From NCBI RefSeq assembly GCF_006345805.1, contig NC_043012.1:32674001-32738000 (forward strand): a stretch of 64,000 nt of DNA. The letters run 5' to 3'. Origin of the DNA: Octopus sinensis. Lineage: Eukaryota. The stretch's first letter is position 1. Each line of letters starts with the position of its first letter. Shown here in pieces: positions 26,011 to 38,750 of the stretch. Position numbers and translations under genes: made by a program. The notes below the pieces were generated by a model. The model was not told the DNA's origin, searched no databases, and saw nothing but the letters and a program-made list of their open reading frames with translations.

Positions 26011-27523
26011 TTCCTATCATCTGTAATCATCTTCCCCCTGTCCCCACTCTTACAACATACCCAACCATAAGTCATCTTTCTCTTTCACTCATCCACTTTC
26101 ATTCTTTTCATAGCAGATTTTCATTCATCTTTATATTATGAGTTTAAATTCTACTGAAGTCGACCTTGCCTTTCATCCTTACCTCCTCCCCCAAATTTCA
26201 GGCCTTGTGCCAAAGTAGAGAAGATTATATTTATTACTAGCATTAAAGACCAGTTGTTGCTGGGTCATAGTGCTAGTGCATGTATATATGTGTACATATT
26301 ACATGTACATCTATATATATACATCTACACATAAAATACTAAGTTATATCTTGATATTGCTAGTGATAACAATACTCAAAATATATAACAGACTGGAATT
26401 TTTAGCCCATCTCTTGTAATTTCGATCAATTGTATCTTGTCCTTCCTCTTGTATAGAAGTGTGGCTACAATCCAGCCTACATCTACTTCCGGGGGAAGTG
26501 GGGGCATTAAAATTTTTTTCTGGGACGTCCTACGTCCCAGATATAAAGGTAAAAATAAAATATTCCCACTTTGCAAGTTCAAGTCGAGTACTCCCTTGCA
26601 CGCTCCGTTGACTTGAACCTTGCTTCTATTGTGGCGAATTTACTGCCTCTGATTAGATATCTTTCATAGTCGCACCAAGACACTTTTCAATGGTGCTTTC
26701 CTCCATGTGTTCAAATCTTTTTTCTCTACATTGTATACTTTATAGACAATAGTCTTTTCTTTAATTTAATTTTTTATTATCCATCTGGACTATTCAATTT
26801 CTGCACGCTAATTTTATTTTTAATTTATTCCTATTCATGTGAAATCACTTATTCAAGTTCAAGTCATTGATGCAATTTTATACCAATTGCTATTTTTACT
26901 TTTGTTATGTTATGATTATTTTATACTTTAGTTTGATTTTAATTATTACTTACTACATATAATTCAATTGTTATTATTATTTTTATTGTTAAAGTGAAGG
27001 TTGGCTGACATAAAATAGAGAAACGTTTTTGTTTCACTTTTAACAAGTAATACTGAAATAGTGGAGAAGATATGATATTGCTATGGGCTTGCTCTAGGCA
27101 AGAAGTTGAACATTTTTTTTGCCCATGAAACTACATGGACCCTAAGTAAGGCATGTGTAAAATTTGAATGGAATTGGTTGTGTAGTTCTCAAGTTTTAGG
27201 GAAACACACAGACAGACAGACAGACACACATTCTCAGTTTTATATATATAAAGATTATTAGTAAATTGTTTCACAAATATTTATGATCTGTGGCATTTCA
27301 TCCATCTTTACACTCCAAGTTCAAATTCTGTCGCAGTCTACTTTGCCTTTCATCCTTTTGGATGGAAATGAAGATAAACACCATTCTTCCATGTGACTGA
27401 CTTGAAAAATTATTAAGATATTAAGACATTTTTCTTAACATGAAATGAATGGTAGCCTTAATACACAAATAAAGAAATTTTATCCACCAAAGTGGTGTTG
27501 AGCTCTTATTCTCATTGTTTGAC

Positions 27524-27563
<40 letters not shown>

Positions 27564-27565
<2 letters not shown>

Positions 27566-27766
27566 TCATCATCATCATCATCGTTTAACATCCGTTCTCC
27601 ATGCTAGCATGGGTTGGACGGTTCGACCGGGGATCTGGGAAGCCAGAAGGCTGCACCAGGCTCCAGTCTTATCTGGCAATGTTTCTATAGCTGGATGCCC
27701 TTCCTAACGCCAACCACTCCGTGAGTATAGTGGGTGCTTTTTACGTGCCACCTGCACAGGTGCCAG
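27564..27766 (-). mobile_element. RTE 3'UTR-only copy inserted in (AT)n
   Basis: (CAT)n tail. (AT)n at about 27527-27563 and 27767-27870. Confidence 0.88.
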
Positions 27767-27773
27767 ATATATA

Positions 27774-27870
<97 letters not shown>

Positions 27871-27879
27871 CATATGTAT

Positions 27880-28083
27880 GTGTGTGTATATGTTTGTCCC
27901 CCCAACATTGCTTGACAACCGATGGTGGTGTGTTTATGCCTCCGTAACTTAGCGGTTCGGTAAAAGAGACCGATAGAATAAGTATTAGGCTTCCAAAGAA
28001 TAAGTCCTGGGGTCGATTTGCTTGACTAAAGGCGGTGCTTCAGTATGGCCGCAGTCAAATGACTGAAATGAGTAAATGAGTAT
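27880..28083 (+). mobile_element. 3' half of CORE SINE S3
   Basis: TTTGTCCCCCCAACATTGCTTGACAACCG..GACTGAAATGAGTAAATGAG matches the S3 3' part. Confidence 0.8.
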
Positions 28084-28924
28084 ATATATATATATATGGA
28101 TATTTATGTGTGTGTGTATGTGTGTGTTTGAATAATTTTGATTTACATTGATAAAACTTTATAATATGCATAAAGAATTTCTGATGTTTGCAACCACATT
28201 AAGTCACCAGGCACTTTGTTATGAAAATTGCCTGATAATATGATAATATCTTGTATGCGAACACTTTGATAAATTGAAAAAAATCTGCTGATGATAAAAA
28301 CTCACAGTCAACTAAACAAATTTATCTTCAAGAGGATACATTACTAATATCTCTTGTTGTACTGTCAAAAAGCAATGATATTAGCACACATCTAAAGTGT
28401 ACATTTTTTTTTCTCCTATTAGAAATAATGAGGTAATCAGACAATAAGAAAATAATCTTTATTGTCAGAAATATTGTATAAAAAACCTTTGAAGACTTTT
28501 TCAGAGATCAGAGCTCATTTTTTAATATATGTACAAGAGTTCATCAAATGAGATTATTTAACAGCAAATCCTACATAACTCTTTTTGCTATTTTATTGTA
28601 TCACAGGAGGGTCATTATGCTAATAATAAATACATGCACCAATTATATTTCACTTCTTTATCATTTGCTAGCTAGTTAACTATTTAACAAATTGACTATT
28701 TGATTAATCATTTGGGCAATCAACCAATTATAGTTTTTGAGGTCCTTTCATTGCTATTTATGACTTCTTCAGAAGATCGGAAGCTGATCTGGAGTTGAGA
28801 GGGCAAGTCACTGAAGAGGTTGTGAATGATGATGAAAGAACCCTGACAAGCATAGCCAATTGCTTAACTGAATGATTAAGGAAACAATCAACTTGTTTAT
28901 TGGTTAAATTGTTAACCCTTCATT

Positions 28925-29268
28925 CATTGCTTGCGAAGACCTGTTGAGGCAAGTGAAATCAAAATTGCTGACATGGCCGATGACAGTACCACCTGATTGG
29001 CATTCATACCAGTGGAGCAGTAAAAGCACCATTCGAGCGTGATTGTTGCCAGTACTGCCTGACTGGCCCTCGTGCCGGTGGCACATAAAAGCAATCACTA
29101 CATTCTCAGAGTGGTTGGTGTTAGAAAGGGCATCCAGCTGTAGAAACTTTGCCAGATCAGATTGGAGCCTGGTGCAGCCATCTGGTTTGCCAGGCCTCAG
29201 CCAAACTGTCCAACCCATGCCAGCATGGAAAGCAGACGTTAAACAATGATGATGATGACGACGACGAC
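28925..29268 (+). mobile_element. RTE 3'UTR copy
   Basis: GAAGACCTGTTGAGGCAAGTG at the start and a (GAT)(GAC) tail. Confidence 0.82.
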
Positions 29269-30097
29269 ATTTGTCAGAGTAATCTGAATGCTAAAGGGTT
29301 AAATCTCCCTTCTAACAAGGTTGAAGAAATGGTCTTTAGCACCTGTAATGGTCCAGGTAGGGGAGGAGGCAATACATTCTGTGTAAGGTTTGATGTATTT
29401 GTCTGAGTAATCACAGCTAAGTACCCTGATGCTTCAAAAGTCATTCTACCTGAAAAGACCATCTTCCCTCTCATATTTCCCCATCATTAATTAATATTAA
29501 ATTGATTTATATTAAATATTGGTTTCAAATTTTTGCACAGGGCCAGCAATTTCGGGCGAGGGGGGGTAAGTCAATTAATTTGACCCTAGTGTTTAACTTG
29601 GACTTATTGTATTGACCCTGAAAGGATGAAAGATAAAGACAGCCCCAGTGGCCTTTGAATCTGGCATTTGAATCCAGAACATAAAGACAGAGATGAAATG
29701 TCACTAAGCATTTTGCCTGATGTACTAACGAGTCTGCCAATTTACCATGATTAATGTTAAATATTGATGCAATTCAGTCGCTGTTATTGTTTAAACCAGA
29801 TTTAGGTCAACCTCAATCCATTATCAAAAACATTCCAGCTGTGACCATCCTGCATTTTTGTATATCTGGGACAACATCTTTTACTTCAGATGGTGATGAT
29901 GTGATTTGTGATAGATTTTGGCTGCTGTTTCTAACAGTTCAATCAACCATGTAGAAGTTCTTTTTACTAGCTCGGTTAATATTGCTGTTTATATATGGTG
30001 TTAGTGCTCAGTCACCTTAGAAGGCTGACCCCCACTTCCTATATTGACTCACTGCTATCAATATTAGTATTAAATTTCACTTATTGATGTTGCAGCC

Positions 30098-30122
30098 AAT
30101 AATAATAATAATAATAATAATA

Positions 30123-30154
<32 letters not shown>

Positions 30155-30209
30155 AATCATCATCATTACCATCATCATCACCACCACCACCACCACCACC
30201 ACCACCACC

Positions 30210-30279
<70 letters not shown>
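30098..30279. repeat. Compound trinucleotide microsatellite (AAT)n(GAT)n(CAT)n(CAC)n(AAC)n
   Basis: Seen directly. Confidence 0.95.
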
Positions 30280-31385
30280 GTTGACAGTAAATGACATCCA
30301 AAATTATTTATCATTTATTTTGTATCACAATGTGAACAATGACATCCACTGTTACAGGTTTCCAGTAGGATAATTACTTGTTCCCTGCATTTCTGATGGA
30401 GGGGACGGACAAGGGAGCATCAGTAACTCGATATACTGGAGAAAGATAAACACCAAACCACACTCGCCCCCTCACATTCACACACATCTACACACAATAC
30501 AAGTTTACAAACTTTGATACATACAAACCCTGGCGTTCATACACATAGGCATTATACACCAATTGGAGGATTCTTGTTTCATTTCTCTTTAGCCTTTACA
30601 AAGATCATCTGCATTCAAGTCCCACATCTCACCACCATGCAGCATCACAGCTCCCACACAAGTGCTATACAATATCTACCCTTCGCTCTGAGGCAAAAGG
30701 TTCCTGAACTTTTCCCAACTAAAATTTTCTGAACAACCACCTCCTCTGCTATTTATGTCACTAGGCTCCTGCCCTATTTCAGACACCCAAATTCTATAGG
30801 TACTGGTCAACCAAAGGCTGTGGTAGATACACTTGTTCAAGATACTGGGCATAAGGGGAATCAGGTGTAGTGTGCAGTAAAGCAGGCTGCACTGGCATTA
30901 GCATGTGATGCACATGGAGGAAGAAAACTGCATAAAGAAGTGCTGAGAACCCCAAGTTCAGTGAACCCATGGGAGAGGGTTGACTAAAGAGGACCCAGGC
31001 TGAAGTGACTGAATTGAACCAAGAACTATGTGGTTACAAAGCAAACTTCTTAATAATGCCCAAGCTGAATGGAATAAAGCAACAGAGATAGCAATACTAA
31101 TTAAATGATAGCAATTAAATGATATCAATAAATTTACAGTATTAAAGCAATAAGAATGTTTCATGTAAGTACAAAACTTCTGTGAGTTGACCCCATTACA
31201 ATTGACTACCAGAAGAATAAAAGATTATGTTGACCTCAACTACATTTGAATTCACATCCTAGGCAAATGGTGGAAGGAAACTTAATATAAGAAGTCATTT
31301 ATTCCAGTATTAATCATATCATTATTACATTATAATACAGCAATAACATAATTACATTGACAATTATAAACACATTCTCACAAAC

Positions 31386-32290
31386 TGTTGTAATACTTAA
31401 TATCGGATTGTCATAACGCTCACTCTAGTATAGCAGTATAGTTAGTAAGATAAGTAAGACCATGACTATCTATAACTGTCTACTTCGTACTCTTTCTTTA
31501 TACTGACTGATGTCACCTTATTTATAGTGACTCGCACATACCACTCATCACGTGGGAGGGGTGTACTATTATTACTATTATCCCCACAACATCTTCCCTT
31601 TTAAGTTTTTCTTTGTTTCTTAGGGAGTGTCATTTTATTTCTTTTGATAGCAATACTTTTTTATATCATCCCACCTCCCCTTTTTTTATTCTTTTTTTTC
31701 TTAGTTACACCTTTAATATTTTTCCATTTGCCATCCACTTCCGGGAACTCCATGCACTTTTTTTACTTGCGTTTGTGTGTCTGAGTTCAATCACCTGTAG
31801 TGGCGTTGGTACTTGAAAAGTATTCTATAACCATTCCATTGGTTCTTCCATTCTCTTGGCTTCGCTCTCAACAAATCTTTTTTTCAGTTGGTTCATGTGT
31901 CTCTTGTATTTACCTTTTCTACTTTTTACCAAGTATAGCATTTTTTATATGTGTTTGGTAATCACACCATCTTTCCAACTCTGTTTTCTGTTCTTATATG
32001 TCCTCAGAAACACTTTTTCACCAATTTTGAAAAATCTTGCTGTATTTTCCCGTGCAAATTTTATTTTCTTGTCTGGTAGCAATTTGTCAATGATTGATTT
32101 TATTTTCCTTGCAAACATCAGCTCTGCTGGTGTATTTGGATTTGGTGTCAAATTGATTACTCTTAAGAATTGATGTAGAGCTACCTCATCCATAACTTCC
32201 TTATTCAACTTTCTTAAGGCTTTCTCAAATGTATCAACAAAGCATATGTATACACCATTAATAGTTAGGATCACTGTTTAGTAGTGGGAT
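31386..32290 (-). mobile_element. Ty3/Gypsy-like LTR retrotransposon 3' end: integrase C-terminal region, PPT and 206-bp 3' LTR (31386-31591)
   Basis: Peptide TPNPNTPAELMFARKIKSIIDKLLP..FKIGEKVFLRTY..W..GVI. Minus-strand PPT AAAAGGGAAGA directly before TGTTG. The LTR ends CAACA and contains TATAAATA. Confidence 0.8.
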
Positions 32291-33682
32291 AGCCTGGTGA
32301 AGTAAATACATTTGAGCCAGGTTGTTTTACAGCATTTTCTAAATGGTAGCAAAGTGAACAGTTTTGGGTAGGGTCAACTTACTGCTTTAAATATATATTA
32401 ACTTTGAAAAAAAAATATCTCTGACACTAAATGACCTACCAGAGATGCCCAGTCCTATTAATATAAACAGTAGGAATGAGATGGTAAAGGCCATGACTTT
32501 GGTTTTAAAGGACATAAGTTCAATAGGCTACAATGATACAAATTATGCTCAAATCATGTTAACTATGAGAAAGTGAAAATTAAGCATTGCTAAAGAAACA
32601 TGAGGATGAATATTAATCTAAAAGATTCATCTCAAGTTTCATAATCTGTCCATACATAATCCAGGGCTCCAGTTAATAATCACTCTATAGAAACTGCTTT
32701 ATCTTCTTTCATCTTCAGTTGATTGAAACTGAATCAGAATCATTCTATTACAAATTAGAAAATTACTTGAATGACAGTAAATATAAGAACGACATGTAGT
32801 CACAAAGAGCTATTTCTGTTCTCCTAAAATGACAACAGTACGTATTCATTATATTTGTACAAAATCAGTTTACGTGTTACATGTTTGTTGACAAATGAAT
32901 TTTAATTGAAAGTGGTAAGTTTGTATCTTTTGCAATAGAAAAAATTATCAATATCACACTCCAAACATAAACTATGAAAAGATTTAGACACAAATGAAAA
33001 CTCAATCAAAATAGTCAAATAGTCGTGAAAGCATCCTGAAAAGGATATCTTACAGAAAAAATGAATTAATTGGAGAGCTCTAAGACAGGGGTGGGGGCTT
33101 AAAAGTTTAGTAGATTTATCTCCGTCTCCACACCCTGTCTAAAAATGGAAAATAACCTAGGTACAGTATGAAGCGTTAAAATGACTTAGATTCAGTAAGT
33201 GTCCATAGAGAAGTCAAATTTCTTTGTTAAGGAATCTGAACAGAGTAAGGAAATATTCTAGGATGAAACTGACTTGTTACAGAGACAGTTATGTCAAAAT
33301 TGAGATACATTATACTAGAATTAAACAACAAACTGAATTAAAATCCAACAACAACACCAGAGTCATTGACAGTCATTTTGTGAGAAAACATAAAAAGACT
33401 GTTTAACCTTTAGCATTCTGATAACTCTATCAAATGTAATGCTTACTGATTACAGTGTTTTGAATTAATCATGCATGATCTTGCTTCAAGCTTTTGATGG
33501 GGTGACTGTTTTTAGAATGACATGGCAGGATAGGTGTGACAAGCTGAATCTGGATAGTTTGAACAAAAAAACAAGGCAAAAAACACATACATATATCTTC
33601 CACTTTTTCCTGTCTTTCACTTTAAAATTAAAATAAATATAAAAATTTTACGGAAATTAATGTACTCAAGATGATGAAATTA

Positions 33683-36599
33683 CATCATCATCATCATTTA
33701 ACGTCCGCTTTCCATGCTAGCATGGGTTGGACGGTTCAACTGGGGTCTGGGGAGCCCGAAGGCTGCACCAGGCCAGTCAGACCTGGCAGTGTTTCTTCAG
33801 CTGGATGCCCTTCCTAACGCCAACCACTCCGAGAATGTAGTGGGTGATTTTATGTGCCACCAACACAGGTGCCAGACGAGGCTGGCGAACAGCCACACTC
33901 GGATGGTGTTTTTTATGTGCCACCGACACAGGTGCCAGACGAGGCTGGCAGACGGCCACGCTCGGATGGTGTTTTTATGTGCCACCGACACAGGTGCCAG
34001 ATGAGGCTGGTGAACGGCCACGATCGGATGGTGTTTGTTACGTGCCCACAGCACGGAGGCCAGTCGATGCGGTACTGGCTACGGCCACGTTCGGATGGTT
34101 TTCTTGTGTGCCACCGGCACTGGTACCACAAAGATACAAATTCCATTGATGTTCATCTATTTTGATCTGTTTTGATTTTGATTTTCACTTGTCTCAACAG
34201 GTCTTCACAAGTGTCACAAGAAGGAAGGTATGCACAGGTGGACTGACTACATCCCAGGTAGGGGCCACGGGTTATGGCCTGACTAGTCTTGCCGGGTCTT
34301 CGGATGGTGTTTTTATGTGCCACCGACACAGGTGCCAGATGAGGCTGGCGAACGGCCACGATCGGATGGTGTTTGTTACGTGCCCGCAGCACGGAGGCCA
34401 GTCGATGCGGTACTGGCTACGGCCACGTTCGGATGGTTTTCTTGTGTGCCACCAGCACTGGTACCACAAAGATACATATTCCATTGATGTTCATCTATTT
34501 TGATTTGTTTTGATTTGATTTGATTTGATTTTCACTTGCCTCAACAGGTCTTCACAAGTGTCACAAGAAGGAAGGTATGCACAGGTGGACTGACTATGTC
34601 CCAGGTAGGGGCCACAGGTTATGGCCTGACTAGTCTTGCCGGGTCTTCGGATGGTGTTTTTATGTGCCACCGACACAGGTGTCAGACGAGGCTGGCAGAC
34701 GGCCACGCTCGGATGGTGTTTTTATGTGCCACCGACACAGGTGCCAGATGAGGCTGGCGAACAGCCACGATCGGATGGTGTTTGTTACGTGCCCGCAGCA
34801 CGGAGGCCAGTCGATGCGGTACTGGCTACGGCCACGTTCGGATGGTTATCTTGTGTGCCACCGGCACTGGTACCACAAAGATACAAATACCATTGATGTT
34901 CATCTATTTTGATTTGTTTTGATTTTGATTTTCACTTGTCTCAACAGGTCTTCACAAGTGTCACACGAAGGAAGGTATGCACAGTTGGACTGACTACGTC
35001 CCAGGTAGGGGCCACGGGTTATGGCCTGACTAGTCTTGCCGGGTCTTCGGATGGTGTTTTTATGTGCCACCGACACAGGTGCCAGATGAGGCTGGCGAAC
35101 GGCCACGATCGGATGGTGTTTGTTACGTCCCCGCAGCATGGAGGCCAGTCGATGCGGTACTGGCTACGGCCACGTTTGGATGGTTTTCATGTGTGCCACC
35201 GGCACTGGTACCACAAAGATACATATTCCATTGATGTTCATCTATTTTGATTTGTTTTGATTTGTTTTGATTTGATTTGATTTGATTTTCACTTGCCTCA
35301 ACAGGTCTTCACAAGTGTCACAAGAAGGAAGGTATGCACAGGTGGACTGACTATGTCCCAGGTAGGGGCCACAGGTTATGGCCTGACTAGTCTTGCCGGG
35401 TCTTCGGATGGTGTTTTTATGTGCCACCGACACAGGTGCCAGATGAGGCTGGCGAACGACCACGATCGGATGGTGTTTGTTACGTGCCCACAGCACGGAG
35501 GCCAGTCGGTGCGGAACTGGCTACGGCCACGTTCGGATGGTTTTCTTGTGTGCCACCGGCACTGGTACCACAAAGATACAAATTCCATTGATGTTCATCT
35601 ATTTTGATTTGTTTTGATTTGATTTTCACTTGCCTCAACAGGTCTTCACAAGTGTCACAAGAGGGAAGGTATGCACAGATGGACTGACTATGTCCCAGGT
35701 AGGGGCCACGGGTTATGGCCTGACTAGTCTTGCCGGGTCTTCGGATGGTGTTTTTATGTGCCACCGACACAGGTGCCAGATGAGGCTGGCGAACGGCCAC
35801 GATCGGATGGTGTTTGTTACGTCCCCGCAGCATGGAGGCCAGTCGATGCGGTACTGGCTACGGCACGTTTGGATGGTTTTCATGTGTGCCACCGGCACTG
35901 GTACCACAAAGATACATATTCCATTGATGTTCATCTATTTTGATTTGTTTTGATTTGTTTTGATTTGATTTGATTTGATTTTCACTTGCCTCAACAGGTC
36001 TTCACAAGTGTCACAAGAAGGAAGGTATGCACAGGTGGACTGACTATGTCCCAGGTAGGGGCCACAGGTTATGGCCTGACTAGTCTTGCCGGGTCTTCGG
36101 ATGGTGTTTTTATGTGCCACCGACACAGGTGCCAGATGAGGCTGGCGAACGACCACGATCGGATGGTGTTTGTTACGTGCCCACAGCACGGAGGCCAGTC
36201 GGTGCGGAACTGGCTACGGCCACGTTCGGATGGTTTTCTTGTGTGCCACCGGCACTGGTACCACAAAGATACAAATTCCATTGATGTTCATCTATTTTGA
36301 TTTGTTTTGATTTGATTTTCACTTGCCTCAACAGGTCTTCACAAGTGTCACAAGAAGGAAGGTATGCACAGATGGACTGACTACGTCCCAGGTAGGGGCC
36401 ACAGGTTATGGCCTGACTAGTCTTGCCGGGTCTTCGGATGGTGTTTTTATGTGCCACCGACACAGGTGCCAGATGAGGCTGGCGAACGGCCACGAACGGA
36501 TGGTGTTTGTTATGTGCCCACAGCACGATGGCCAGTCGATGCGGTACTGGCTACGGCCACGTTCGGATGGTTTTCTTGTGTGCCACCGGCACTGGTACC
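33683..36599 (-). repeat. Tandem array of RTE 3'UTR units (337-400 bp) ending in one (GAT)n tail
   Basis: The junction GGGTCTT|CGGATGG recurs after positions 34300, 34647, 35047, 35404, 35741, 36097 and 36434. A 693-bp two-unit period is present. Confidence 0.95.
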
Positions 36600-37019
36600 T
36601 CAAAAATACATTCTGTTAAAAATATTTTAAAATGATTAAAATATTGTATATTATAAAGTTCCCTTTTTTTTCTCTTAGAGAGTGTGAAAATTATGTGTGT
36701 GTATATGTCACAGATAGCAGACATGTGTTTGTGTTGATTGACAGCCATGACATTCATGTATGTGTATATGTGTGTTGACATCACAGAAGCTACGGTTTTT
36801 TTTTATCAAGAAATAACAAACAAAAATTGTGTTTAATCATTTAAATAGAGGTCCAAATGTCACAAACATTTGTACTGCACTGCTGAAGGTAAGTATGAAA
36901 ATAAATATGTAAAAAAAAATTAAGATAAAACATACTATTTCTGAGATATTTCAGTTATACACAAGAGTTTTAGTATTATTGATATATTTTTTTTTTAATC
37001 CAAACATGAACTAAGAGAA

Positions 37020-37260
37020 AACACAACAATGTGAGGACGTGGAACAAGTATAGTGTTATTGGACGCTCAGGAAAGGAAAGGAAGAAGGAGGATTTAACGT
37101 TCCGAGTGGAGCTCTTCGTCAGAAACATAGAAAAACGGAAGGTCAAAGAAAGGGAAGATGGAGAAAGAAAATTGCCAACGATACACACACGGTCACATAA
37201 TGAAATGACCGTAAGGGAATGGGTGAAGAAAAAGTTCTTTCAAAGACAGGAGGGTGCAAG
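37020..37260 (-). mobile_element. Penelope-like pLTR fragment carrying a hammerhead-like motif
   Basis: Hammerhead motif at 37093-37126. The flank is homologous by eye to 45347-45506. Confidence 0.55.
37093..37126 (-). ncRNA. Minimal type I hammerhead ribozyme motif (decayed)
   Basis: TTT-CTGACGA-A-GAGC-TCC-ACTC-GGAAC-GTT-AAA: intact CUGANGA, but GAAA is GGAA and stem II has one mismatch. Confidence 0.6.
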
Positions 37261-37264
37261 AGAA

Positions 37265-37660
37265 GAAGGTATGTGTGTATATGTGCATGCGTATGTGTAC
37301 GTATGTGTGTGGATGTGTCTATATGTGTATGCATGTGTATGTGTGTGTGCGTGTATGCATATATTGTGTGTGTATGTATATGCATGTGTGTATGTGAATT
37401 TGTATATGCATGTGTGCGTGGGTTGTGTGTGAGGTTTTGTGTGGGATTTGTGTAGGCGTATATGTGCATACCTGTGTGCATGTGCGTGCGTGTGCTTATG
37501 TGCATGTGTTTGTGCCCATGTGTGTATAATTGTGTGTGTGTCTGTATGTGTATTGTGTGCGTGTATGTAGGTGTGTATATGTGTGTGTGTGTTTGTCATG
37601 TGCGTATGTATGTGCACGTGTATGTGTGCGTGTGTGTATGTATATATATATATATATGAC
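37265..37660. repeat. Mixed (GT)/(AT) microsatellite tract
   Basis: Seen directly. Confidence 0.9.
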
Positions 37661-38518
37661 AGGCTTCTTTCAGTTTCCGTCACCCATATCTGCTTATGAA
37701 ATGCATCGTATTTTTCAAATCCAGCATGATTAGAGAAGTGGATTCTTGCATACAGACTGCATTAGCAAAGTCATTAGCAGTTGGATTACTAGCTCCAGCA
37801 TTGTCATTATTAATTATATTCATATTAATGATGGTGGTGGTGGTGGTGGTGGTGGTGGCTTTATTGGTAGTATTGGCAAGTGTGTTGTTGCTGCTGTTAA
37901 TCCTCTTTTAATTCTTTTTATTATCAATGTTTTTGCTGTTGTTATTGTAGTTATTGTTGTAGCTGTAGCTGCTCTTTTCTTTACTTTCGTATTCATCATT
38001 ATTGTTGTTGTTACTGTTGCTGCTGTTTATTGCAGTGTTGGTGATGGTCGTAATAGTGGTGGTCACTGTTGCTGTTTCTGTCAGCACTGGTATTAGTAAT
38101 GGTATTTTGGTTTAAGATGAAGATGGTAGTGTCAAAAGTGCTGTTCTGATCAGTATTTATCTCCCTCCAGCATCCTATTGAAGATCTGTTATACACACAT
38201 AACACATAGTTTTGGCTGCTGGCACTTCAATGCCTGTAGAACTTGACTTGAAGAGGTAACGCCTTCTCCACCCTTGTAGCACTGCTAAAACAAAGTCTTT
38301 TGGAAGGTGTTCATTACACTGTTGTAAACAAAGTCCTTATGATTTTGGTCTTTGATCAGTAAGTGTTATTTCCCATTTGCTTCTATCTAAAAATCAAAGG
38401 AAATGACTACTATTCCCTTCAAACTTTGCTTTTGTGACCTGGACATCAATGTTTTGAATCTGACCTATTTTCTATTACAGTTCAGACAGATTTAGAGCTG
38501 GGTTGCTGAAGCAGAAAT

Positions 38519-38750
38519 ACCTATTTCTTTACTACCCACAAGGGGCTAAACACAGAGGGGACAAACAAGGACAGACAAACGGATTAAGTCGATTATATCG
38601 ACCCCAGTGCGTAACTGGTACTTATTTAATTGACCCCGAAAGGATGAAAGGCAAAGTCGACCTCAGTGGAATTTGAACTCAGAACGTAGCGGCAGACAAA
38701 ATACCATAAAGCATTTCGCCTGGCGTGCTAATGTTTCTGCCAGCTCGCAA
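38519..38750 (-). mobile_element. Young SINE S2
   Basis: Near-identical to the other young S2 copies. Confidence 0.88.

Noticed and set aside
28741-28875. Open frame GPFIAIYDFFRRSEADLELRGQVTEEVVNDDERTLTSIANCLTE* with a plausible acceptor (TTCTTCAG)
   Set aside because: No recognisable homology, no partner exons, and loose resemblance to an RTE C-terminus. Cannot be supported as a host exon without RNA data.
33085-33140. AGACAGGG..CCCTGTCT inverted repeat
   Set aside because: Only 8 bp, within chance expectation.
33683-36599. CRISPR-like or ribozyme-containing array
   Set aside because: No unique spacers and units are LINE-derived. The GTGAAGA-CC..GG-CAAGTGAAA segment does not fit the hammerhead core, and no HDV-like fold was evident.
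38150-38400. Minus-strand exon-like stretch after a TTTTTAG acceptor
   Set aside because: Every frame has an early stop. More likely a decayed TE.
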